The position numbers and the translations under genes were made by a program. Below are positions 40,160 to 49,023 of a DNA stretch of 64,000 nt, piece by piece. Positions within the stretch are counted from its first letter, which is position 1. Every line of letters begins with the position of its first letter. The notes beneath the pieces were generated by a model. That model was not told the DNA's origin, ran no database searches, and saw nothing but the letters and a program-made list of their open reading frames with translations. The stretch lies in assembly GCA_965223265.1 (NCBI GenBank), contig OZ244999.1, positions 3,328,001-3,392,000 on the forward strand. Reading direction: 5' to 3'. This DNA comes from Planctomycetota bacterium. GTDB taxonomy: Bacteria > Planctomycetota > UBA8108 > SXIK01.

Positions 40160-40320
40160 ACAGTCTGTTGAAAAGTCAATCGGCTGGGGAACCGGCCTCT
40201 TCACGCTCAGCTCAGCCGCGGCGAGCCTCGCCATCGATCGACGAGGCCGCGGAAAGTGCCGACAGTCGCTACGGTCGATCTGGACGTGGAGTGACCAGTT
40301 TTCAGCTTTCGATAGGCTGT
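40160..40320 (+). mobile_element. MITE-like foldback element, copy 3 (degenerate, internally shortened)
   Basis: ACAGTCTGTTGAAAAGTCAATCGGCTG..CCGGCCTCTTCACGCTCAGCTC..CGATCTGGACG..CCAGTTTTCAGCT..ATAGGCTGT shares blocks with copies 1 and 2. Confidence 0.8.
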
Positions 40321-40364
40321 GAATTGAGTTTGTTCTTTGTTGGACGACGGCGCTACCGGCGGCG

Positions 40365-40961
40365 ATGGCAGAGGTGTTTAAAATGTTACCAATGAGCGAT
40401 CTGGTCCGAAGCGAATGTCCACCTGGGCGTGAAGGTCCGGTGACTCAGCAGTGGCGTGTACCCGGAGCTGCTGGGGCTCTGCGGCGCGTCGATGTCCTCA
40501 TCGCTGTGTTCGCGGCGGTGATCGGGTTTGGCTGCGGCACCGCGGCAGAATCACATGCCTACCATCAGCCGTCTGCCGAGGAAGTCGAGGCGCGAGAGTT
40601 GTTTCTTGCGGCCCACCCTGATTTGCCGCCGGCGGTGGCGCACCAGATTCGTCGTTTTCAGGTCTCACCTGAGGATGCACTGCGCCGCGTGGAATATGTT
40701 CGGCAGGAGCATCAGCTGTCCAGTCGGAGGAAAAACGTTATTCTGTCGGGCGTCGTGCAACCTGGAATGACGGCGGCGGAAGTACGTGCCGCGTGGGGCG
40801 AACCCGTCGAAATACAGCACAAGGACTCGTTCGAATTTTGGATTTACCCAGCAGAACAGTCGGAGAATCGCGTCACCGTGCTTAGGTTTCAAGACGGTCG
40901 AATGATTCTTCGTCGTGATGAATCGAGCATTGATGCCTTCCGCCTCAGAGGGGTGAAGTGA
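40365..40961 (+). CDS. Hypothetical lipoprotein with SmpA/BamE-like C-terminal motif
   Basis: VIGFGC lipobox-like motif; VQPGMTAAEVRAAWGEP..EFWIY..LRFQDG. Start uncertain. Confidence 0.65.
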   Translation: MAEVFKMLPMSDLVRSECPPGREGPVTQQWRVPGAAGALRRVDVLIAVFAAVIGFGCGTAAESHAYHQPSAEEVEARELFLAAHPDLPPAVAHQIRRFQVSPEDALRRVEYVRQEHQLSSRRKNVILSGVVQPGMTAAEVRAAWGEPVEIQHKDSFEFWIYPAEQSENRVTVLRFQDGRMILRRDESSIDAFRLRGVK

Positions 40962-40988
40962 CGTGAAAGGAAGCGAGAGCTAACAGAA

Positions 40989-42374
40989 ATGACTACGGAG
41001 CATTCGGGGACGCGCGGTGATTGGAGCCCCACGTCATGGCGCACGAAGGCAGCCAAGCAGCAACCGACGTATGACGATCGTGCGCGGTTGGAGGACGCGA
41101 TGTCGCGTCTGTCGCGACTGCCGCCGTTAGTCACGAGCTGGGAGATCGAGGAACTGAGGCGACAGCTCGCGGAGGCCGAAGCCGGTCAGCGATTCTTGCT
41201 TCAGGGGGGAGATTGTTCCGAGAATTTCGACGAGTGTGAGTCCGGCGCGATCGCCAACAAGCTCAAGATTCTACTGCAGATGAGCTTGGTGTTGGTGCAC
41301 GCCAGCCGTCGTCGTGTGATTCGAGTTGGTCGCTTCGCCGGTCAGTACGCTAAGCCGCGGTCGGCGGACGAAGAGACTAAAGACGGGGTGGTGCTGCCTA
41401 CCTATCGGGGCGACATGATCAACTCTCTTGATTTCACTCCCGAGGACCGTCGACCCGACCCGGAGCGAATGCTGCGCGCCTACGAACGATCGGCATTGAC
41501 CTTGAACTTCGTTCGCTCGCTCGTCGACGGTGGGTTCGCCGACCTTCATCACCCCGAGTATTGGGATCTCGAATTTGTCCGACACTCACCGCAAGCCGCA
41601 GAATACCAGCGGCGCGTCGAGGCGATTGGGGAATCACTCAGGTTCATGGAATCGCTTGCTGGGGTGCGCGTCGGCGAGATCAATCGAGCCGAGTTCTACT
41701 CCAGCCATGAAGGGCTCCATCTCTACTACGAACAAGCTCAGACTCGCCAAGTGCCACGGCGTGTTGGGTGGTACAACCTGTCGACTCATTTTCCTTGGAT
41801 TGGCGAGCGCACGCGCGATCTCGACGGCGCTCACGTCGAGTACTTCAGAGGCATCGTCAACCCGATCGGAGTGAAGATCAGTGCTGGCATCGAGCCTGAC
41901 GAGCTTCTTCAACTCATCGACGCGCTCAACCCTGATAACGAGCGTGGACGTTTGACTTTGATCCACCGCTTCGGTGCAGGGAAGATCGCGTCCGCTTTGC
42001 CGGCGTTGATCGAGGCAGTGCGTGGCCGCGGTCGCAATGTGCTGTGGTGCTGCGATCCGATGCACGGAAACACTGAGACTACAGCAAGCGGCTTGAAGAC
42101 GCGGGACTTCGATAAGGTTCTCTCGGAGCTCGAACAAGCGTTTGAGGTTCATCGGGAGTGCGGGTCGCATGTGGGTGGTGTCCACGTTGAGCTCACCGGC
42201 GACAACGTTACCGAGTGCATCGGTGGTGCGCGTGGGCTCGACGAGACAGATTTATCCCGCGCATACCGCAGCCAGGTCGATCCTCGGCTTAACTACGAAC
42301 AGGCGCTCGAGCTCGCAATGCTCCTGGCGCGGCGCTTGGAAGCCTCGCTCAAGGACGGCGGCGACAGCGTCTGA
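40989..42374 (+). CDS. Class II DAHP synthase
   Basis: FLLQGGDCSE, RVGRFAGQYAKPRS, WIGERTR..DGAH, CDPMHGNT, HVELTGDNVTEC.GG, DPRLN. Confidence 0.96.
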   Translation: MTTEHSGTRGDWSPTSWRTKAAKQQPTYDDRARLEDAMSRLSRLPPLVTSWEIEELRRQLAEAEAGQRFLLQGGDCSENFDECESGAIANKLKILLQMSLVLVHASRRRVIRVGRFAGQYAKPRSADEETKDGVVLPTYRGDMINSLDFTPEDRRPDPERMLRAYERSALTLNFVRSLVDGGFADLHHPEYWDLEFVRHSPQAAEYQRRVEAIGESLRFMESLAGVRVGEINRAEFYSSHEGLHLYYEQAQTRQVPRRVGWYNLSTHFPWIGERTRDLDGAHVEYFRGIVNPIGVKISAGIEPDELLQLIDALNPDNERGRLTLIHRFGAGKIASALPALIEAVRGRGRNVLWCCDPMHGNTETTASGLKTRDFDKVLSELEQAFEVHRECGSHVGGVHVELTGDNVTECIGGARGLDETDLSRAYRSQVDPRLNYEQALELAMLLARRLEASLKDGGDSV

Positions 42375-42461
42375 GGTGCGTCGGGTCTTATGGTGTTCGC
42401 CGGCGCCGTCGACGACGCAGTCGGTCACGAGAGGGGGGCTCATCGACGCAGTGCGACCGGG

Positions 42462-42490
42462 TTGAGTCGAGCCTGAGACCACCGTACAAT
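42462..42490 (+). promoter_or_regulatory. Putative sigma70 promoter
   Basis: TTGAGT-N17-TACAAT, ~210 bp upstream of the oxygenase start. Confidence 0.5.
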
Positions 42491-42703
42491 CCAGCGCCTC
42501 AGTCCAGCACCGCTGGGTCTTCGGTTTGGAACAGGTGGAGAGATTCAGCTCAGCGGGAGAGGAGAAATTTGACCACAGCGAGGCACGAAGGTGGAGAGAT
42601 GAACAGGCGGGAGTGTGAGTTGTTCGCTTTCGATTGCCCGGCTCCCGCGTTGGTGGAGGCCACTACTCTCCGCCGAGCGATTCAAGATAGGACGGTGTAA
42701 CGC

Positions 42704-43672
42704 ATGCGGGCGACAGAGACAATTCCGGTGGTTGATCTTTCGGAGTTCACGGCTCACTCTAGTGCGCGAGCACGCGTCGCCGAGCGCATTGGTACGGCAC
42801 TCTGCGACGTTGGCTTCGTGGCCGTGGCAGGTCACGGCATCGACCCTGATTTAATCGCTCGGGCGTATTCGTACGCTGAGTGGTTCTTTACCCTCCCAAC
42901 TCCGATCAAGCAGCGCTACGAGCATCTCGATCTCAACGGTCAACGTGGTTTCACCAGTTTCGGGCGTGAGCATGCGAAGGGGGCGGACACTCCGGATCTC
43001 AAGGAATTCTGGCACGTCGGACGGAGTTCGTATTCCGACTCGTACACCGGCGCGCGGTATATGCGCAACCTTTGGCCCGACGAGGCGCCCGAGTTCAAGG
43101 CGGTCTTCCAGCGTCTTTTTACGGTACTTGAAGCGTGCGCCGGTCGTCTCCTTGAAGCTTGCGCGCTCTTCTTAGGACTCCAGCGCTCCGTGTTTTCCGA
43201 CATGGTCGTTGACGGGAACTCTATTCTACGACTGGCCCACTATCCGCCGTTAGCGTCGACTCAAGGGAGCTCGGGTCTGCGCGCCGCGGCTCACGAGGAC
43301 GTCAACCTCATCACGCTCCTGTGCGAGGCGACGCAGAGTGGGCTTGAGCTGCAGCGCCGCGACGGCGTGTGGGTACCGATTCACGCCCAAGCCGGTCACA
43401 TGATCGTGGACGCGGGAGACATGCTGCAGCATGTCACCAACGGCATTCTTCGTAGCACGACCCATCGTGTCGTCAACCCTCAAGACTCCAGCTTGCGGCG
43501 GCTATCGATGCCGTTCTTCGTCCACCCGCGTGGCGATGTCAGTCTCACTCCGCTGCCTCAGTGCGTTAAGCGTTCGGGAGGTGACGTGAGGTTCGCCGAA
43601 GTCTCTGCTGCGGAGTTCCTAGCACAGAGGTTGCGGGAGATCGGACTGACCTCCGAGGACGATGCGTCATGA
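42704..43672 (+). CDS. 2-oxoglutarate/Fe(II) oxygenase, isopenicillin N synthase family
   Basis: IPVVDLS, VGFV..GHGI, LRLAHYPP, AAAHED (HxD), THRV, RLSMPFF (RxS). Confidence 0.93.
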   Translation: MRATETIPVVDLSEFTAHSSARARVAERIGTALCDVGFVAVAGHGIDPDLIARAYSYAEWFFTLPTPIKQRYEHLDLNGQRGFTSFGREHAKGADTPDLKEFWHVGRSSYSDSYTGARYMRNLWPDEAPEFKAVFQRLFTVLEACAGRLLEACALFLGLQRSVFSDMVVDGNSILRLAHYPPLASTQGSSGLRAAAHEDVNLITLLCEATQSGLELQRRDGVWVPIHAQAGHMIVDAGDMLQHVTNGILRSTTHRVVNPQDSSLRRLSMPFFVHPRGDVSLTPLPQCVKRSGGDVRFAEVSAAEFLAQRLREIGLTSEDDAS

Positions 43673-43738
43673 CCGGGAAGCGCCTCATGACCGGGAAGCG
43701 CCTCATCATTGTGAATCGCCTCGCGATTGTGAAACATC
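43667..43738. repeat. 18-bp tandem array (2 identical + 2 diverged units)
   Basis: tcatgaccgggaagcgcc x2, tcatcattgtgaatcgcc, tcgcgattgtgaaacatc. Confidence 0.75.
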
Positions 43739-43895
43739 GCGCAGGCGGGAGTTCCTTCGATGCGCGGCAGGCAGGCCGGGTTGCGGCCGTCGCGGCGGAG
43801 CGATGGTTGGCGGCTCACGCGCCAGCCCATCGCCTGAGAGTTCCGTCAGTTTCTGCGCCGCACGTTTTTATTTGATTTTCGCTGAAAGGCCGACA

Positions 43896-45416
43896 ATGGC
43901 AAAGAAGAGTCGCAACGCGATCAACCCGACGCGAGCCGAGGACTATCCAGAGTGGTATCAGCAGGTTGTGAGAGCCGCGGAACTGGCCGAGGTGTCGCCG
44001 GTTCGTGGCTGTATGGTGATCAAGCCCTGGGGCTACGCGATCTGGGAGCTGATGCAGCAGGCCTTGGACCGAATGTTTAAGGCGACCGGGCACGAGAATG
44101 CTTACTTCCCCCTGTTCATCCCGATGAGCTATCTGGAGAAGGAAGCCGAGCACGTCGAGGGTTTCGCGAAAGAGTGTGCGGTCGTGACGCACCACCGACT
44201 CGAGCCGGGGCCCGAAGGCGGACTGGTGCCCGCGGGGGAACTGGAGGAACCGCTTATTGTCCGGCCGACCAGCGAAACCATCATCGGAGCGACGTACGCC
44301 AAGTGGGTGCAGTCCTACCGCGACCTACCAATTCTGATCAATCAATGGGCTAACGTCGTTCGGTGGGAGCTGCGAACACGCCTATTCCTGCGCACTGCAG
44401 AGTTTTTGTGGCAAGAAGGTCACACCGTTCACGCCACCGAGGCAGAGGCAGTCGAGGAAACCCTGAGAATGCTCGACGTCTACGCTGACTTTGCAGAGAG
44501 CTTTATGGCCATGCCCGTCATCAAAGGGGAAAAGACTCCGGGGGAGCGATTCCCCGGTGCGGTCGATACGTACACGATCGAAGCGATGATGCAAGACCGC
44601 AAGGCGCTTCAGGCCGGCACCTCGCATTTTCTCGGGCAGAATTTCTCCCGAGCCTCTGAGATCAAATTCCTCGACCAAAATGGCAAGGAGGTCTACGCAT
44701 GGACGACGTCGTGGGGGGTGTCCACTCGACTCATCGGTGGACTCCTCATGACTCACAGTGACGACGATGGGCTCGTCTTACCGCCGCGTCTGGCGCCGCG
44801 CCACGTGGTCATATTGCCGATCTACCGCAGTGACGAAGAGCGCCGGGAAGTGTTGGAGTTTTGCAGTGCACTCCAGACTGAGCTTGGTGCGACGTGCTTC
44901 CACGGTGAGCCGGTGCGGCAATCCATTGACGATCGCGACATGCGCGGTGGCGAAAAGGCGTGGCATCACGTCAAGGCGGGTGTGCCGGTGAGGCTCGAGA
45001 TCGGACCTCGCGATGTGGCTCAGAACAGCGTGTTCATGGCTCGACGCGACCGACCCGTCAAAGAAAAGCAGTCCGTGCCCCGTCAAGAGTTCGTTGCGCG
45101 TCTACCTGAGCTGCTCGACGAGATCCAGAGCGACCTACTTGAACGCGCGCGACGTGCACGTGAAGAAGTGACTCGCCGCATCGATCGGCTCGAAGAGTTC
45201 GAGGAGTTCTTCACTCCGGAGAATCGAGACAAACCCGAGATTCACGGTGGGTTGGCTCTGTGTCACTGGGCCGATGATCCGCAGGTCGACGCCATCCTGA
45301 AGCGGCTCCGAGTCACCGCGCGTTGTATTCCCTTGGACGCTGAGGAAGAAGAAGGGCGCTGCATATTCACGGGCAAGCCGAGCCGACGGCGCGTCGTCTT
45401 CGCTAAAGCGTATTGA
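43896..45416 (+). CDS. proS: Proline--tRNA ligase (archaeal/eukaryote-like type, no INS editing domain)
   Basis: EKEAEHVEGFAKE, RPTSET, NQWANVVRWE.RTRLFLRT.EFLWQEGH, LQAGTSH, TSWGVSTR, C-terminal FAKAY. Confidence 0.97.
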   Translation: MAKKSRNAINPTRAEDYPEWYQQVVRAAELAEVSPVRGCMVIKPWGYAIWELMQQALDRMFKATGHENAYFPLFIPMSYLEKEAEHVEGFAKECAVVTHHRLEPGPEGGLVPAGELEEPLIVRPTSETIIGATYAKWVQSYRDLPILINQWANVVRWELRTRLFLRTAEFLWQEGHTVHATEAEAVEETLRMLDVYADFAESFMAMPVIKGEKTPGERFPGAVDTYTIEAMMQDRKALQAGTSHFLGQNFSRASEIKFLDQNGKEVYAWTTSWGVSTRLIGGLLMTHSDDDGLVLPPRLAPRHVVILPIYRSDEERREVLEFCSALQTELGATCFHGEPVRQSIDDRDMRGGEKAWHHVKAGVPVRLEIGPRDVAQNSVFMARRDRPVKEKQSVPRQEFVARLPELLDEIQSDLLERARRAREEVTRRIDRLEEFEEFFTPENRDKPEIHGGLALCHWADDPQVDAILKRLRVTARCIPLDAEEEEGRCIFTGKPSRRRVVFAKAY

Positions 45417-45480
45417 AGAGAACCGGCGACGTGCACTATCGCGCAGAACTCAACGGGTGCAGCGACCGCGCCGGCTGAAG

Positions 45481-46557
45481 TCAGTACGGCGGCAACGTGC
45501 GAGTGCGGGTGAGCTGCAGCATTCGGGCCCATTGGTCCCGCAGTGGTGCGTCGACCTCCGCAGCCTTGAGACTGCGGATGCGGGCGATCAGCTTTGTTGT
45601 GCCGCGAGAACTCAAGCCACCTAAAGTCTCTCGGATGTGCCCCGTGAGCTCCTCCGCCAACCGGCGCGATCCGTGGACTCCGTATGCGTCGCCTTCGATC
45701 TGGTCGAGCAGCGCCATCACGTCTTCTTCTATCGTTTCCTGGGCCTTTTCAAGGCTGCGCCGCAAAGCCGCCGTATGACGTGATGGACTCGAAAAGTCCG
45801 TCGAGGCGAACTGGCTTGCGAGTTCCTGAACGATCGTGCTCGTGATCGCGATCGTCTCGAGTTCAAGCACGCGCAGCTCGATCTGCTCGTAGACGAACTC
45901 GCGAGCATAACGGTCGCCGCTGGCATAGATCTTTTGTAGTGGCGCTACGGCAGGCACAAAAGCGGAAAGCTCGTCCCAACGTTCGTCGACGCTGCGGTTG
46001 GTGTCGCGCAGATGGGCGAGGTTTTCGGTGGCGACCAGACGTGCGAACATCGAGCCGGACTGTTCGCTGAGATGCCGCGGCAGTCGCGCCGCGGTTTCCT
46101 GTGAGAGACGCTCAAGAACTCGTACCGCGGCGGCATACTCTTCCACACCCCAACGGTCCGTCGGTGTCGGCAGCCCCGCGTCGACGTACTCGGATACGCT
46201 CAGCGATTGATCGACGCTCGGTCCGGCGTGCGGTTTCGGGTGCGGGTTGTTCGGTGAGCTGCTGCACGATGCGGCGGTGAACGAGATAGCAAGGAGGAAC
46301 AAGACGACAGGGAGGGCGCAGAGGGAGGGGACGTTGGGCGGTACGGAGCGGCTGGAAACCTGCACCGAGATGAATTTCCGCCAACGGAAGAAGCGCCCGT
46401 GTCGAATCATGGGTACATGTCTATAGACGATCGAGCGGTCGAGATCAACGTTTAGGGGTGAAAACGTCCGGTAACGATGCAGTCCGCTGCCGCGAGCTGT
46501 CGAGCTCGTCGCCGCGCCAATTCGTTCGACGTTTCGTCCCTCCGCTATGCGTGTCAT
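45481..46557 (-). CDS. Hypothetical helical lipoprotein; true start probably downstream of 46557
   Basis: LPVVLFLLAISFTAASC followed by an S/P/N linker and an alpha-helical domain. Confidence 0.6.
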   Translation of the reverse strand: MTRIAEGRNVERIGAATSSTARGSGLHRYRTFSPLNVDLDRSIVYRHVPMIRHGRFFRWRKFISVQVSSRSVPPNVPSLCALPVVLFLLAISFTAASCSSSPNNPHPKPHAGPSVDQSLSVSEYVDAGLPTPTDRWGVEEYAAAVRVLERLSQETAARLPRHLSEQSGSMFARLVATENLAHLRDTNRSVDERWDELSAFVPAVAPLQKIYASGDRYAREFVYEQIELRVLELETIAITSTIVQELASQFASTDFSSPSRHTAALRRSLEKAQETIEEDVMALLDQIEGDAYGVHGSRRLAEELTGHIRETLGGLSSRGTTKLIARIRSLKAAEVDAPLRDQWARMLQLTRTRTLPPY

Positions 46558-46698
46558 TTGGCGAACTCACGCTTGTCCTCCGTCCGAATGACTTGCGTAG
46601 GTTTGTGACTACGTTCGCGCCTCGGTAGAATGGGCATTGGCGCCCCGGAGGAGGGGAGGCGCACGGCAGCGAATGACTCCGAGCTTGGAGGGTGAAAG

Positions 46699-48879
46699 GT
46701 GCGAAGCATCATTTTAGGGCTTGCTGTTGCCTGGGGTGGCACCGCCGCGCCGTTCTCTCTGCATGCCGGCGACGACGCCGACTTTGGCGCCGTACTTGAG
46801 CGTGTGCGCGAGGCCGTTGTCGTGATCACTTCTGAAGACCGACGCGGCGAGGAGACGAGTCTGGGGTCCGGGTTCTTGTTGCATGGACAAAAGCTGGTTG
46901 CCACGAACTACCACGTGATTGGAGAAGGGCGGCGTTTTCGGATCCAGCTTCCCGATCGTCGATACCTGACGCCGAAAAGCATTTTTGCTTACGACCGAAA
47001 AAAGGATGTGGCGTTGATCCAGGTGCTCGAGGAAGTGGGCGACGGGTTAAAACTCGGCGATGCTGACGCGACTCGAGTCGGTGAACCTGTCGCGGCCGTG
47101 GGGCATCCATTGGCGATGCGTCTCAGTGTGACTCGTGGCGTGGTCGCGGGGGTCAGAGAGCTCGACGACCGTCCGCTCCTTCAGTTAGCCATGCCGATTG
47201 AGGTCGGTAACAGCGGCGGCCCTGTCGTTGTGGAGTCGGGTCGCGTTGTCGGTATGGTCGTGATGAAGTCGGCAGCAAGTATGGGTTTTGCCGTTCCGGT
47301 CAGTGAGATCCAAGTGCTGCTTGAAGAGCCTCTGGAAATACCGATCGATCGCTGGTGGACGATTGGCGAGCTGCGCGCGGATCGCTGGGCAACTCATATG
47401 GGAGGCGAGTGGCGACAGCGCGCAGGAAAGTTGATCGCATCGGGTATGGGCAGCGGATTCGGCGGCCGGATGCTTTGCCTCTCTACCGACAAAATCGAGG
47501 GGGATACATTCGAGCTTGAGGTCGACGTTCGACTTGATGATGAAAGTGGTGCGGCGGGGTTGGTTTTTCACTCGGACGATGGGGATCGTCATTATGGATT
47601 CTATCCCACGAGCGGTGCTCTCCGGCTCACACGTTTCGACGGACCGGATGTGTTCACTTGGAAGATTCTCGAGACAGTCGGCAGCGAACACTATCGCCTC
47701 GGCGAATGGAACCATGTCAAGGTGGCGGTGAGCGGCGATCGAATCTCTTGTTACTGCAACGGCGAACTGGTGATCGAGAAACGCGACGACGGTCTCGAAC
47801 CCGGCGCGGTGGGGCTCGTGAAGTTTCGGCAACCGCGCGCTGAATTCCGTCGCTTCCGAGTCGGCGCCTCTCTACCGAGTCGGGAGGTCTCCGAGGAGCG
47901 ACGTCAGGCCGTCCTCCGACTGGCAGACGAGCTTCCCCTGAAAGGTGAACCGGGAGTCGAAGGCATCGAGCAACTCTCCCGTGACGCCGACGCTGCGTGG
48001 ACTGTTTTGCGAGAGCGAGCACATGAACTCCGGCGTCAAGCTTCACGTCTCGAGCAGCTCGCGACGCTCGCGCACGCACGCGCGGTAACGACCGACCTCG
48101 TGGAGGCGATGGCAGACCGCGACACCGGCACCGTGGATCTCCTACGGGGAGCGCTCCTGGTTGCACGACTTGACAACCGAGAGCTCGACATCGACGAGTA
48201 CGTTGGCATCGTCGATTCGATGGCGGCGGAGCTTCTTCAAGAGTTCTCCTCAGACATGGATGACGTGGCGCGGTTCCGAGCGACTGCCGAGTATCTCTTT
48301 CAAGAGCTCGGATTTCATGGCAGTCGCGCCGAGTACTTCCATCGCTCCAACAGCTACTTGAATGAAGTCCTCGAGGATCGCGAGGGGCTGCCCATCGCTT
48401 TGTCAATTGTGCTGATCGAGCTGGCGCAGCGTGTCGGCCTCAAGATTGATGGCCTAAGCATTCCGAATCACTTCATTGTCCGATTCGTGCCGGAGAAGGG
48501 GGAGCCTATTCTCATGGACCCGTTCTCCCGTGGTCGGGTGATCTCGCTCGAGGAAGCCTCGCAACTGAGTAGAAGCGATCTGACGGCGGCAAAACTCGAA
48601 TCTGCCAGCGAGCGCGGAATCATCATCCGGATGTTGAGGAATCTCTTTGGAGTCGCGGATCGCGAACAGGATCTCTACGGCATGCTGCGCTACGTGGACG
48701 CCATCGTTGCGGTCGATCCTGATTCTGCATACGACCGCTGGATTCGAGCGGCGCTGCGCGCGCGCACCGCACAGCCGCGCGGGGCAGAGAGTGACCTGCT
48801 CTGGCTCATCGAAAAGGCACCCAGCGGTGTGGACCTGCGACAAGTGCGTGATCTTCTGGAACGAGTGCGTCGTCACTGA
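46699..48879 (+). CDS. Secreted fusion: trypsin-like serine protease + DUF1080-like beta-sandwich + SirB1/Transglut_core2 + TPR
   Basis: GSGF, TNYHVI, DVAL, GNSGGP; AGLVF..EWNHVKV..CYCNG..GAVGL; NSYLNEVLEDREGLPIALS..PNHFIVR..DPF, RMLRNL. Confidence 0.85.
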   Translation: MRSIILGLAVAWGGTAAPFSLHAGDDADFGAVLERVREAVVVITSEDRRGEETSLGSGFLLHGQKLVATNYHVIGEGRRFRIQLPDRRYLTPKSIFAYDRKKDVALIQVLEEVGDGLKLGDADATRVGEPVAAVGHPLAMRLSVTRGVVAGVRELDDRPLLQLAMPIEVGNSGGPVVVESGRVVGMVVMKSAASMGFAVPVSEIQVLLEEPLEIPIDRWWTIGELRADRWATHMGGEWRQRAGKLIASGMGSGFGGRMLCLSTDKIEGDTFELEVDVRLDDESGAAGLVFHSDDGDRHYGFYPTSGALRLTRFDGPDVFTWKILETVGSEHYRLGEWNHVKVAVSGDRISCYCNGELVIEKRDDGLEPGAVGLVKFRQPRAEFRRFRVGASLPSREVSEERRQAVLRLADELPLKGEPGVEGIEQLSRDADAAWTVLRERAHELRRQASRLEQLATLAHARAVTTDLVEAMADRDTGTVDLLRGALLVARLDNRELDIDEYVGIVDSMAAELLQEFSSDMDDVARFRATAEYLFQELGFHGSRAEYFHRSNSYLNEVLEDREGLPIALSIVLIELAQRVGLKIDGLSIPNHFIVRFVPEKGEPILMDPFSRGRVISLEEASQLSRSDLTAAKLESASERGIIIRMLRNLFGVADREQDLYGMLRYVDAIVAVDPDSAYDRWIRAALRARTAQPRGAESDLLWLIEKAPSGVDLRQVRDLLERVRRH

Positions 48880-49023
48880 ATATGTCATCTCGCGAGTTGG
48901 CGCCGGTCGTCGCGATCTTCCAGCGCTATCAATGCTGTACTCGTCCGCGACGCGAACTTGAAACGGTGCGTCTCCGGTCGCGCGTGCCCTACTCATCACC
49001 TGCTGCAGCGGAGTCTTTGGGAC

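Noticed and set aside
42550-42610. Glycine riboswitch (GCGGGAGAG...GAAGG)
   Set aside because: Lacks the CCGAAG and CTCTCAGG core elements, and the downstream gene is not glycine-related.
40989-45416. DAHP synthase II + IPNS-like oxygenase + proS as a secondary-metabolite cluster
   Set aside because: No NRPS/PKS or other tailoring/transport genes, long intergenic gaps, and all three are common stand-alone genes.
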